A DNA stretch of 48,543 nucleotides from Nanobdellota archaeon (GTDB lineage Archaea; Nanobdellota; Nanobdellia; Woesearchaeales; GW2011-AR9), in the NCBI GenBank assembly GCA_018812355.1, contig JAHJDQ010000182.1:1-48543 (forward strand), given 5' to 3'. The position numbers were made by a program, and so were the translations under genes. Positions 1-9,155 of the stretch are shown one piece after another. Under the pieces are notes generated by a model, which saw nothing but the letters and a program-made list of their open reading frames with translations, was not told where the DNA came from and did not search any database. Each line of letters begins with the position of its first letter. Positions within the stretch are counted from its first letter, which is position 1.

Positions 1-953
1 GCTTTATCCTTAATAATCAAAACATTCTCATCATTACGAGTATCACCACCAGCAGAAGGATTAAAAGAACCAGTAATCACCGTTTCAGAATCAACAATAA
101 AAACCTTGTGATGCATATTTTGTTTATTACCATCTTTAACAACATCAATATCTTGATACTTCAAATTAAGATACTTAGAATATTGACTAATTTGACGCGC
201 TTCCATTACACCTTTAATTACAACTCCTGCTTGATTTCTTAACAATAATGTATTAGCAATTCCTTCATGAGTAAAACTAAATGTCATGAAATGAATTGTT
301 GAAGTAGCTTTCTTTAACTCTGCCTTAACTCTTTCTGCACAATGATCTTCGGGACAAAAATAAGAAGATATAGTAATGTTTCCTAAATTAACTTGCGGAT
401 TTAATACTTCCTCACCTTTCTTAAATGTCCCGTTCCACATTTCCTGAAATTCCGCTTCATAGTTAGCAGCTAAGACAGAAGATTCAATTAAAAGTAAATT
501 ATTATTATTCTTCGTCGCTCCATTAACTGTAGGATTCATACTACCACTACTTACTCTTTTACCATCAATAATACAAAACTTATTATGCATTAATCCCCAG
601 GTATCTGTTTTAACAAAAGAATAATCAAATTCATACAAGTAATCGTTATCCGTAATAACTTTCACATCGAGATAATTAGATTTTTCAAGTAATCTGTTCT
701 GAACCAATTCCAAATCGAGTTCAAACAAAGCACAATGAATATACTCCTTAGCTGAACCGATAAAATCTGCCAAAGCCGTCTCACAATCCTCGTGTGGACA
801 GAAATAGACTTCAATCTCTCCAGAATCAGAAATGTAACTGTTAACTTTCTGATCTGTTAATTTTCCCGAAATTCCTTCTAAATCAATTCCAGAAAAATAT
901 AATCCTACTACAATTACCGGCAACAACCCTAATAAATACCTTTTCTTCATCAT
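1..953 (-). CDS. Phospholipase D superfamily protein with two HKD motifs and a hydrophobic N-terminus; C-terminus lies beyond the window edge
   Basis: Minus-strand frame is open from ATG (complement of 951-953) to base 1; it is absent from the ORF track because it runs off the edge. My translation starts MMKKRYLLGLLPVIVVGLYF. It contains HNKFCIIDGKRVSSGSMN (about 540-590) and HHKVFIVDSETVITGSFN (about 65-116), i.e. two HxK(x)4D(x)6GSxN motifs, each preceded by YFCP..C. Confidence 0.8.
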   Translation of the reverse strand, partial: MMKKRYLLGLLPVIVVGLYFSGIDLEGISGKLTDQKVNSYISDSGEIEVYFCPHEDCETALADFIGSAKEYIHCALFELDLELVQNRLLEKSNYLDVKVITDNDYLYEFDYSFVKTDTWGLMHNKFCIIDGKRVSSGSMNPTVNGATKNNNNLLLIESSVLAANYEAEFQEMWNGTFKKGEEVLNPQVNLGNITISSYFCPEDHCAERVKAELKKATSTIHFMTFSFTHEGIANTLLLRNQAGVVIKGVMEARQISQYSKYLNLKYQDIDVVKDGNKQNMHHKVFIVDSETVITGSFNPSAGGDTRNDENVLIIKDK

Positions 954-1004
954 GAAAGTAAAAATAATAAACTATATTAACTTAATGCTTCTTCAGCAAT
1001 AATT

Positions 1005-1640
1005 ATGGAATATTGTATCTTTTGCGACCATGAAAAAATCAAAGATGATATCATTTACGAAACTGAAAACTTTTATGTTAAAGTAGGTATCAGTATTATC
1101 ACTGCTGGCCATGTTATGATTACAACTAAAAAACATTATCGCTGTTATGCAGAAATGCCCAAAGAATTAATCCCTGAATTTGAACAACTGAAAAATAAAT
1201 TAATTACTTTAATTACGGAAAATTTTTCCAAACCATTCTTAGTTGAGTATGGCATCTGGGGCCAGACTATAGCGCATGCGCATATTCATTTAATTCCTTC
1301 TCAAGATAAGCATTACGAAATTAAAAGTATTATTGCAGAATTGGGAATCCCTAGTCCGGTTCCTTTTCAAGAAGGAACATTCCAAACAATGAAAGCATTA
1401 TACAAAAAAAATAATGGTTATGTTTTATTAGGTGAGAATCATAAAATGTTTTTATTTGATATTGAAAAGGTAAAAAATATCCAAAAGAGTGATACCTTAC
1501 TTGATTACCGTCCTTTCTTTGCCAAGAAAGGTATTGGTACTGGCAGTTGGAAAAATATGAGCGAAGAAGAAAAATTAGCTGACGAAGAAAAAAGAGAAAA
1601 AACAAAAAAACTATTGTTTTCTGTCATGCGCTCTTCGTGA
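1005..1640 (+). CDS. HIT (histidine triad) family hydrolase with a C-terminal extension
   Basis: N-terminal CIFC and the histidine triad HAHIHLIP. 211 aa. The 3' end overlaps convergent rpl15e by 30 nt. Confidence 0.8.
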   Translation: MEYCIFCDHEKIKDDIIYETENFYVKVGISIITAGHVMITTKKHYRCYAEMPKELIPEFEQLKNKLITLITENFSKPFLVEYGIWGQTIAHAHIHLIPSQDKHYEIKSIIAELGIPSPVPFQEGTFQTMKALYKKNNGYVLLGENHKMFLFDIEKVKNIQKSDTLLDYRPFFAKKGIGTGSWKNMSEEEKLADEEKREKTKKLLFSVMRSS

Positions 1641-2186
1641 AGGCCGAGCTTTCTCATGACCTTTACCCTTGCCTTGTAATCCTCGACTCTTACGTCCGGC
1701 AGAAGTCTTACCCTGAAACACCCTACTTCTGTGTTTTCTTTTACAAATCCAGTTAATCTTTGGATCAGCTTTAATCACGGGATGGTCAGGATCAACTAAA
1801 ATTACTTCGAACCAATAATGTTTCCCATCTTCAACAACTGGATAAGAATTTAAAACAGCTAGATTAACAAACTTTTTCTGACACCTTTCTTCAGCAATTT
1901 GTTGATAATTCTTGCTTAACACTAATCTTGTTCCGAATCTTTTCGGTCTTCGACCACCTTTAATCATCGGTCGACGATGTCCACCTCTAAGAACTCTTTG
2001 TCTGACTACTATGAAACCTTGCTTGGCCTTATATCCTAAAGATCTAGCTCTGTCAATTCTGGTTGGTCGTTCCAGTTTAACTGTAGAATTTTCTTTTCTC
2101 CACTTGATCAATCTTTCCCGATATAGTTCGGGCATATTTTTCTTTGGTTTTTTCCAAAGTTCTCTTACATGTTTATACATACTCAT
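1611..2186 (-). CDS. rpl15e: 50S ribosomal protein L15e
   Basis: [16 protein letters not shown]...[30 protein letters not shown] is typical eL15. I trimmed the start to the internal ATG at 2186 because GGAGG (complement of 2196-2200) lies 9 nt upstream. The track's 31-codon N-terminal extension has no L15e counterpart. Confidence 0.9.
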   Translation of the reverse strand: MSMYKHVRELWKKPKKNMPELYRERLIKWRKENSTVKLERPTRIDRARSLGYKAKQGFIVVRQRVLRGGHRRPMIKGGRRPKRFGTRLVLSKNYQQIAEERCQKKFVNLAVLNSYPVVEDGKHYWFEVILVDPDHPVIKADPKINWICKRKHRSRVFQGKTSAGRKSRGLQGKGKGHEKARPSRRAHDRKQ

Positions 2187-2428
2187 TTTAGTTGGCCTCC
2201 ATTTGGTGTTTACTTCGTGCAGTGCCATAAATTTGCTACACAAATTTAATTCGTCAGATTCAGGTAAGCCATTACCCACATCTCTGATTTTATTCTTATT
2301 TTTAAAGTGCTTTAAAAAGGTTTGCTAGAAAATCTTTGTTTTTTATAGGTTTAGTTTAAGAATACTAATTTAACTATATAACAGAACGTTTAAATACTAT
2401 TTTGATATATCAATGATGAGGTGTCCCC

Positions 2429-3562
2429 ATGGAAATTACCCCAATAATTAATGATGATTTTGTTGTCTTGCAAGATGAAGCAACTGTTTCTGAATTGATC
2501 GGCAAATTGAAAGAAAAAGAAAAGAGATCAGCCTTAATTTTTAGAAATAAGAAGTATCTCGGTTTGATTGAGAAGAAAGGCCTTTTACATTCAAAGATTG
2601 ACGTCACGGAAACCAAACTTAAGAATCACATTCAAAAAACACCTTTACTTAGCGAACATGCTGACATTATTGAGACAGCCTACTTAATGTTTCAGTCTAA
2701 CCTCAGTTATATTCCTGTAGAGAGGAATAAAGAAATTATTGGTATGATCAGAGCAAGAGATCTTGCTAAATTAGCAACAGAACTTACTGAAACTAAAGAT
2801 TGGAAAGTTAAAGATTTTAAATTAGTTAAATCTGTAAGAGTAAACAAAAATGATCCCATTGCTAAAGCAATTGAGTTAATGAACACAAAAAAAGTTGATA
2901 AAATTCCTGTCTTTGAAGAGAATAAACTTTATGGCATTATTACGTATAAAGACATTCTTAGAAGATATTTAAATTGGTCTCCCAAGAGAGATGTTTCTGC
3001 TAAATTTAATAAAATGGCCAGTTCCAGAAGTGCCGAAGTAGATATGCCTAATCTAGCCAATTTACCAATTAGTAATTTTAGCACTAATGATAACCTGCTT
3101 ACTCTCAATAAAGAAGCAACATTAAAACAAGCAGTAATCATCATGACTGAAAAAGGTGTTAACAGTATTATCATTCAAGATGGCGAGGAAGTATTAGGTT
3201 TACTCACAGCTAAGAACATCTTAGCTAAAGTCGGCAGTTTAAAAATTCCGGTTAACTATAACATTAAATTTGTTGGACTGAAAGATCTTAAATTAGAACA
3301 ACATGAAATGTATAATCTCAAAAAGATTTGTAGTAATGAAGCCTTTAAGTTGCAACGGAAAATTAAAAACGAATTTTCTTTGGTCGTCCATTTAAAAAGT
3401 TACGATAAACAAGGTACACAACAAAAATTTGTTGTCAATTTAAGAATAGAAGCTCCTGGTCAGACTTTAAGCACATCACAAGATGATTGGGACTTAGAAA
3501 CGGCAACAAGAAAAACTTTTAATAATGCTAAGAATGCTTTGGATAAGAAATTTAAACCCTGA
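2429..3562 (+). CDS. CBS-domain protein (two CBS pairs) with a C-terminal HPF/RaiA (S30AE)-like domain
   Basis: Repeated CBS-type segments (e.g. IPVERNKEIIGMIRARDL, IPVFEENKLYGIITYKDIL, IIIQDGEEVLGLLTAKNIL). The last roughly 100 aa follow the beta-alpha-beta-beta-beta-alpha pattern of hibernation factors (NIKFVGLKDLKL...FKLQRKI...FSLVVHLK...KFVVNLRIEAPGQTL...DDWDLETATRKTFNNAKNALDKK). GAGGTG sits 5 nt upstream of the ATG. Confidence 0.7.
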   Translation: MEITPIINDDFVVLQDEATVSELIGKLKEKEKRSALIFRNKKYLGLIEKKGLLHSKIDVTETKLKNHIQKTPLLSEHADIIETAYLMFQSNLSYIPVERNKEIIGMIRARDLAKLATELTETKDWKVKDFKLVKSVRVNKNDPIAKAIELMNTKKVDKIPVFEENKLYGIITYKDILRRYLNWSPKRDVSAKFNKMASSRSAEVDMPNLANLPISNFSTNDNLLTLNKEATLKQAVIIMTEKGVNSIIIQDGEEVLGLLTAKNILAKVGSLKIPVNYNIKFVGLKDLKLEQHEMYNLKKICSNEAFKLQRKIKNEFSLVVHLKSYDKQGTQQKFVVNLRIEAPGQTLSTSQDDWDLETATRKTFNNAKNALDKKFKP

Positions 3563-3934
3563 TTATTCTTTTTCTTTTTTTTCTCTAAACTTTCTAGCAT
3601 TCTCTGCGTTAACAAAACGATAAAGTTTTCCATCTATTTCGGCTTCAACAACATCATCAACGTCCATTAATGGCTCTCCTGTTAAAGCATCCTTTCCAAG
3701 TTGACCAGCCTGCGCCGCCCCTTCCATGAACCCTTCTTCTTCCGGAGAAATCTCGCCATCTTCAACTAGTTTCTCACGCCCTTCTTCAGTATAAACATCT
3801 TCATCCTTCTCACCATGCTCCATTTCTAACGTTTTCTCTTCAGAGGTTTCTTCCGGTTCAATCCCTTGCTCTTCGGCAGGATAAACTTTTTCTTCAGAAT
3901 CTTCTTTCTTTTCTTTTTTATTTTCCATCTGCAT
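3563..3934 (-). CDS. Hypothetical highly acidic protein
   Basis: 123-aa ORF rich in E/D. The C-terminus DALTGEPLMDVDDVVEAEIDGKLYRFVNAENARKF loosely recalls a YHS-type fold but has no Cys ligands. It abuts the CBS gene stop with zero spacer. Confidence 0.5.
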   Translation of the reverse strand: MQMENKKEKKEDSEEKVYPAEEQGIEPEETSEEKTLEMEHGEKDEDVYTEEGREKLVEDGEISPEEEGFMEGAAQAGQLGKDALTGEPLMDVDDVVEAEIDGKLYRFVNAENARKFREKKEKE

Positions 3935-4014
3935 AGGTAAATTATCCTTGTTTTTAAGGATTATGGTTGTGGAAAGAATAAAAGTATTTAAAATTAAAAT
4001 AATTAATTAGGATT

Positions 4015-4779
4015 ATGAACAGAATCAAAGCAACTATTTCTACCACTAGAGCGACTATTTCTAGCACCCGTTCAGGAATTGGTATCGCTCGTCATCATGG
4101 TATGGCTTTGTTTACAAAAGAAAGAGAACAATGGGTTCCAGAAAAACCAACAGTCATCTTACTACATGGTTATCTTGTCGGTGATGCTTCCATGCATGGG
4201 ATGGCTAAATATTTAACTCAACGCGGATTTAATACAGATTGTCAGTCATATCCCTTTTGGGAAGACTTAAGGATTGTTGAGGAAGAGATGGAAGAAAAAT
4301 TAGAAGGAATTTACCATAGAGCAGGCGGGAGATTTATTATCATTGGCCATAGTCAAGGCGGTTTAGTAGGGTATGCCTTAGCTCAATCATATCCACAATA
4401 TATCAATTTGTTAATTACGGAAGGTGCTCCTTTTAACGGAACTAATTTTGCTAAAATTGCAGATAATCTAGCTAAGGTTGGTCGGTTTATGGGTAAGAAA
4501 AAACAATCACAGTTAGAATATTTAGCTACCAGTGCCCGTCAAATGCTTCCAGGGAGTGAATATTTAATACAACTAAATAACCGGGGAGCACCACAGATTC
4601 CCGTATTTTCCATTGCTGGAGGTGAGGATGTTGTTGTTCCAGCTGAAAGCGCCCGGCTTAGAATTCCGTCTCCGAACATTGAAAATATACTTGTTGATGG
4701 GTTGAGTCATGGCGGGATGATTTCCCGTCCAGGATATAAAATTATAGAAAAAGTATTACACGAACATCTTCAAAGATAA
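4015..4779 (+). CDS. Alpha/beta-hydrolase (lipase/esterase-like)
   Basis: VILLHGY followed by the nucleophile elbow GHSQGG. A TATA-like TATTTAAAAT at 3985-3994 is centred about 26 nt before the ATG. Confidence 0.7.
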   Translation: MNRIKATISTTRATISSTRSGIGIARHHGMALFTKEREQWVPEKPTVILLHGYLVGDASMHGMAKYLTQRGFNTDCQSYPFWEDLRIVEEEMEEKLEGIYHRAGGRFIIIGHSQGGLVGYALAQSYPQYINLLITEGAPFNGTNFAKIADNLAKVGRFMGKKKQSQLEYLATSARQMLPGSEYLIQLNNRGAPQIPVFSIAGGEDVVVPAESARLRIPSPNIENILVDGLSHGGMISRPGYKIIEKVLHEHLQR

Positions 4780-5366
4780 AACCTTAACAAAAACATCACT
4801 GTTCCTGCAATTAATGGAACAACTAAATTATCATCAAGAGTATTATCGTTAAAATCAATCTTAATTACTTCTGCCACCATCGCTACAAAACTGCCTAAGA
4901 AGGCCATCTGCCAAGAAACAAAGATCATCGCTCCTACAAAACCAGCAAACGTGCCGGCAAGCGTTCCTTCTAACAATTTATTCCCTTTCCAATTAAAGAT
5001 ATTCTTAATTTTGCCATACTTCTCCCCCACTAAATGAGAGACAGAATCTCCTAACGCTAAAATCATAATTGCAGCGAGTGCGATATCTTTATCGAATAAT
5101 TCCACTACTAATAATACACCGATAAAAAAGAAGATTAAACCCTTACCAGGAAACTGGGTCTTCTGATTACCACGTTCAAAATGGTTGAGAAAGAAACTAA
5201 ATCCTGGCAACCAAGTTCTCTTACAAATAAAACTGGCTAATAAACCGATCACAATCACAGCTAAAATGGCTAAGGAACTAAGAATATTGAAGTGAATCAA
5301 GAGCACCGTAACCACTCCTACTAATAGATGAATGACCTGTCTTCCCACTTCATGATATGTTAGCAT
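4770..5366 (-). CDS. Polyprenol/dolichol kinase-like membrane protein (CTP-transferase 1 superfamily)
   Basis: Multi-TM protein with LALGDSVSHLVGEKYGK...LEGTLAGTFAGFVGA, the GD..A..VG...GK..LEG signature of dolichol/phytol kinases and CdsA-type enzymes. Confidence 0.6.
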   Translation of the reverse strand: MLTYHEVGRQVIHLLVGVVTVLLIHFNILSSLAILAVIVIGLLASFICKRTWLPGFSFFLNHFERGNQKTQFPGKGLIFFFIGVLLVVELFDKDIALAAIMILALGDSVSHLVGEKYGKIKNIFNWKGNKLLEGTLAGTFAGFVGAMIFVSWQMAFLGSFVAMVAEVIKIDFNDNTLDDNLVVPLIAGTVMFLLRFYL

Positions 5367-5420
5367 GGTTATAATTTTTTAAGATTGATTTTAAAAGGGT
5401 TGTGAATCAACAACAAATTA

Positions 5421-5428
5421 TTTAAATA
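5421..5428 (+). promoter_or_regulatory. TATA box for leaderless rtcB
   Basis: TTTAAATA is centred about 27 nt upstream of the rtcB ATG (5452). No SD lies between them. Confidence 0.45.
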
Positions 5429-5451
5429 CACTCCAGTTAATCACACTTAAA

Positions 5452-6894
5452 ATGGAAGAACAAAAACATGAAATCAAACTAAAAAAAATTAATGAGTATA
5501 CATGGGAAATTCCTCAAACTGGTCAGATGAAGGTTCCTATGAGAATCTACGCTTCTGAAAAACTATTAGAGAAGATGAAAGATGATCGTACTTTAAGGCA
5601 AGCTAGTCAGATTGCCGTTCTTCCTGGAATACAACAGTATGGCTGTGTCATGCCGGATGGGCATGAAGGTTATGGTTTCCCCATTGGCGGAGTAGCAGCA
5701 TTAGATGTTGAAACAGGCGGTATTTCTCCTGGCGGAATTGGTTTTGATATTAATTGCGGTGTTCGATTATTAGCTACTAACCTCAAGAAAGAACAAATCA
5801 CTCCCAAAGTTAAACAATTACTTGATTCCTTATTCAAAAGTGTTCCTGCTGGATTAGGCAGCAGCAACATTACGGTTACTAAAGAAATTTTAGATGAAGT
5901 TCTTGATAAGGGCGCCAAGTGGGCTGTCGAGAATGGTTATGGTAATGAAGATGATCTCGCTAATTGCGAATCTAATGGTTGCATGAAGACTGCAGATGCT
6001 AGTAGTGTCTCTGACAAAGCTAAAAATCGAGGCAGAAAACAACTTGCTACTCTTGGCTCTGGAAATCATTTCTTAGAAATTCAGTATGTCGACGAAATCT
6101 TTGATAAAGAGATAGCAAAAGCTTTCGGCTTTACTGAACCTGGTCAAGTTGTTATCATGATTCACTGCGGTAGTAGAGGACTTGGCCATCAAGTTTGTTC
6201 AGATTACTTAAGAGAAATGGAACGAACCTTTCCCGAACTGTTACAAAAACTTCCCGATCGACAATTAATTTATGCTCCCGCGGGAACAAAATTATGTACA
6301 GATTATTTGCAGGCTATGTCTGCTGCAGCTAATTTTGCTTGGTGTAACCGTCATATTATTGGCCATCAAACCAGAACGGCTTTCAAGAAAGTATTTCCTG
6401 AAGTGGAAATGAAAACTGTCTATGATGTTGCCCATAACATTTGTAAAGTTGAAGAGCACGAAATCAATGGAGAAATGAAAAAAGTTTATCTGCATCGTAA
6501 AGGTGCAACAAGAGCCTTCCCACCTGGACATCCTGAATTATCAGAAACGTATCAAAAAACCGGCCAGCCAATTTTACTTCCAGGTAGTATGGGCACCGCT
6601 TCTTACGTTCTTGTTGGCACGGAAGAAGGAATGAAAACTACTTTCGGTTCTACTGCTCATGGTGCTGGAAGAGTGATGAGTAGGCATGCCGCTTTACAGC
6701 AATTTAGAGGAGAGCAGGTCAAGAAAGATTTGGAAGCACAAGGCATTTCTTTGAAATCAGCTTCCTGGAAAGGTGTGGCAGAAGAAGCACCTGGTGTGTA
6801 TAAAGACATTGAAGAAGTTGCTAAGGTATCACACGAAGTAGGCATTGGCAGGAAAGTTGTTCGGGTTAAACCAATGGGATGTATCAAAGGATGA
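5452..6894 (+). CDS. rtcB: RNA-splicing ligase RtcB (3'-phosphate/5'-hydroxyl RNA ligase)
   Basis: Full-length 480 aa with hallmark segments PDGHEGYGFPIGGV, GFDINCGVR, GSGNHF, HCGSRGLGHQV, GSMGTASY, STAHGAGR. Confidence 0.95.
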   Translation: MEEQKHEIKLKKINEYTWEIPQTGQMKVPMRIYASEKLLEKMKDDRTLRQASQIAVLPGIQQYGCVMPDGHEGYGFPIGGVAALDVETGGISPGGIGFDINCGVRLLATNLKKEQITPKVKQLLDSLFKSVPAGLGSSNITVTKEILDEVLDKGAKWAVENGYGNEDDLANCESNGCMKTADASSVSDKAKNRGRKQLATLGSGNHFLEIQYVDEIFDKEIAKAFGFTEPGQVVIMIHCGSRGLGHQVCSDYLREMERTFPELLQKLPDRQLIYAPAGTKLCTDYLQAMSAAANFAWCNRHIIGHQTRTAFKKVFPEVEMKTVYDVAHNICKVEEHEINGEMKKVYLHRKGATRAFPPGHPELSETYQKTGQPILLPGSMGTASYVLVGTEEGMKTTFGSTAHGAGRVMSRHAALQQFRGEQVKKDLEAQGISLKSASWKGVAEEAPGVYKDIEEVAKVSHEVGIGRKVVRVKPMGCIKG

Positions 6895-7304
6895 AATCAT
6901 ACGAATTCCTCCCGCATACGGCGGATACAAAAATCAGAGCGTACGGAAAGACGTTAGCAGAAGCGTTCATCAACGCAGCTCTTGCCACAACAGACACTAT
7001 TACTGATCACAAAAAGATAAAACCAACCACAAAAAAAACAATCAATGTTGAATCAGAAAACAAAGAAGCTCTCTTATACGATTTCTTGGAACAATTTCTT
7101 ATTCTCTTAGATTCAGAAAGCTTCTTATTAAGCGAAGTAAAAGAATTAAAAATTACTAACAATAAACTAACCGCAACCATTGTTGGCGATACTCATCCAG
7201 AAAATTATGAAATTAAAACCCATGTTAAAGCAATCACTTACCAAGAGATGATCATTGAAGAAAAAAAAGATCAAATCATGATTCAATTCATTCTCGACAT
7301 CTAA
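6891..7304 (+). CDS. Archease (RtcB activator)
   Basis: MKSYEFLPHTADTKIRAYGKTLAEAF is the conserved archease N-terminus. I placed the start at the ATG overlapping the rtcB stop (ATGA at 6891-6894). Confidence 0.9.
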   Translation: MKSYEFLPHTADTKIRAYGKTLAEAFINAALATTDTITDHKKIKPTTKKTINVESENKEALLYDFLEQFLILLDSESFLLSEVKELKITNNKLTATIVGDTHPENYEIKTHVKAITYQEMIIEEKKDQIMIQFILDI

Positions 7305-7306
7305 AA

Positions 7307-8014
7307 ATGGCTAAACAAAGTTTTACTAAATTTTGGGACGCTTTAACCAATAAAAAGGAAGCGCAAGCACGAGCGGAATTAGTTCTTAAAGCGATTAATA
7401 AATATCACAAAAACTCTAAAACTATTCTTGAACTAGGCACTGGTATTGGTGCAGTCTTGGTTAACTTTCCAAAACAGTATCAACTTTCCGGGCTTGACAT
7501 TAAGTTAGAATATGTTGATATCTGTAGAAAAAAGATTCCGAAAGGCAATTTTTATGTTATGAGCATGCATAATTTCAAACTTAAAAATAAATTTGAGATC
7601 ATTTTCTCTGTCTATGATTCGATTAATTTCTTAAAAAAATTTAATCATTGGAAATCAACTTTTAAACAAGTAGAGATACATCTCAACAAAGATGGTTTGT
7701 TTATTTTCGATATGTACACTTTGAAAGCACTTAAAGATTTTAAAAGTAAACCAGCAAACATCTCTAAATTTCATCTTGGTTACATCACTGATAAACCTAC
7801 AATTAAAAGAAACACACTTATCTGGAATTTTAACGTCTTTGAACAATTAAAAAATGATCAATATCAACTTCATGAATATAAATTTAAAGAATCAATTTAC
7901 TCGATTAAGAAAGTTAACAAAGCACTTAGTAAACATTTTCAAATTCTTGATATGAAATCTCTAGAAGAAGGTAGACGAGTTCTCATTGTTTGTCGAAAGA
8001 AATATAAACATTAA
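7307..8014 (+). CDS. Class I SAM-dependent methyltransferase
   Basis: Motif I ILELGTGIGAV and post-I LSGLDI. It starts 2 nt after the archease stop. Confidence 0.7.
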   Translation: MAKQSFTKFWDALTNKKEAQARAELVLKAINKYHKNSKTILELGTGIGAVLVNFPKQYQLSGLDIKLEYVDICRKKIPKGNFYVMSMHNFKLKNKFEIIFSVYDSINFLKKFNHWKSTFKQVEIHLNKDGLFIFDMYTLKALKDFKSKPANISKFHLGYITDKPTIKRNTLIWNFNVFEQLKNDQYQLHEYKFKESIYSIKKVNKALSKHFQILDMKSLEEGRRVLIVCRKKYKH

Positions 8015-8035
8015 GACTTTAATTCTTAAAAAAAG

Positions 8036-8716
8036 ATGGTGAAAAAATTAGTCTTATTGTTAAGTACTATCATTGTTGTCGGAGTTGCTATTTTATATTT
8101 CCTTCTAAGCGGCAACGGAATCGATCCATTAGAAGTTGTTGCTAACGATACTATTACTCTTAACCAAACTATAACAACTCCAACAGAAACATGTAATGCT
8201 TCTTGGCAATGTCTTGATGAAAATACTAAAGCTTACCAATTAGAAAACTGTTCTTATACTCAAGAATCTGCCTGTTCTGCAGGTTGTGAAAACGGTTCCT
8301 GTATCATCGAAACCTGTGCTCCTGGTTGGAAGTGTAAAGGAGAATATTACCGTGCCTATCAATCAGACACCTGTGCTTGGGTTAATAAAGTTAAATGTGA
8401 TTTTGGTTGTCTTAACGCTACTTGTCAGAATGAAACTGTTACTGAAACAACTACCGAAGAAGCTCCAGCCGCTCCAACTTCTAATCTTCTTAAAATGGGG
8501 GAGATCTTTAACGTCACTTCTGGCGGTAATTATTACACTCTGGCTATTTATAACATCGGTGCTGAGGGCGTGCAATTATCAATCAACGGAAAAAGCAGCC
8601 CTTGGATTTCAGATAACACTAATTACACTTCCGGTAGCCTAACAATTTTGGTTAAAGATGTCTATTTCCAACCTTATTCTGGCGGGAAACAAGAGATTAC
8701 TTACTTAATTAACTAA
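8036..8716 (+). CDS. Membrane-anchored/secreted Cys-rich protein with a tandem Cys module
   Basis: N-terminal TM (LVLLLSTIIVVGVAILYFLL). Two consecutive roughly 40-aa modules follow: C..SWQC....KAYQ...C.......C..GC..GSC and C..GWKC....RAYQ...C.......C..GC..ATC. Confidence 0.6.
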   Translation: MVKKLVLLLSTIIVVGVAILYFLLSGNGIDPLEVVANDTITLNQTITTPTETCNASWQCLDENTKAYQLENCSYTQESACSAGCENGSCIIETCAPGWKCKGEYYRAYQSDTCAWVNKVKCDFGCLNATCQNETVTETTTEEAPAAPTSNLLKMGEIFNVTSGGNYYTLAIYNIGAEGVQLSINGKSSPWISDNTNYTSGSLTILVKDVYFQPYSGGKQEITYLIN

Positions 8717-9035
8717 CCTTACCTTCTAACTGTTCTACATGCCCACACTTACCACATTTCATTCTGACAACATTATCCTCATCACCATAAAACGCACCAA
8801 TCTCTCTCATCTCTGCTTTTTCATAACCACATTTCTTACACTTATGGTCATAAACAGCAAGAATATTTTCTCCATCATTAACTTCTATTTTCTCTACTTT
8901 TTCTCGATTCTTAGTTATCACTGGCTTATTCTCTTGATTCAACTCTGGCTGAGTATGTCCGTGCGGACAGCTCATCCACTTACCATACTCAGTTTTTTTC
9001 GGTACAAGTATCGCTCCACACTGTTTACAAAACAT
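8709..9035 (-). CDS. TFS / RNA polymerase subunit M-like zinc-ribbon protein
   Basis: N-terminal ribbon FCKQCGAILVP...CPHGH and C-terminal ribbon CKKCGYEKAEMREIGAFYGDEDNVVRMKCGKCGH. The acidic loop GDED sits where TFS has RSADE. Confidence 0.6.
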   Translation of the reverse strand: MFCKQCGAILVPKKTEYGKWMSCPHGHTQPELNQENKPVITKNREKVEKIEVNDGENILAVYDHKCKKCGYEKAEMREIGAFYGDEDNVVRMKCGKCGHVEQLEGKVS

Positions 9036-9155
9036 ATTTGATTGGTTTACGTTCTGTTTTATTTAATTTGCTGAGTTTTCTTCAAATTCAAGTTTAAATA
9101 CCAAAAAATATATAAAGTAACCACTATACGGTAGATATTAATAGTTGAAGTTCAA

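Noticed and set aside
2187-2279. A 31-codon upstream extension of rpl15e in the ORF track ([17 protein letters not shown]...).
   Set aside because: It has no counterpart in eL15 proteins, which begin at the MSMYKH-type motif. The internal ATG also has a GGAGG at proper spacing.
2412-2492. C/D-box sRNA-like motifs: ATGATGA at 2412-2418 and 2448-2454, and CTGA at about 2489.
   Set aside because: The motifs straddle the SD and start, and lie inside the CBS coding region. Such heptamers are frequent in AT-rich DNA. I could find no terminal stem or paired C'/D' arrangement.
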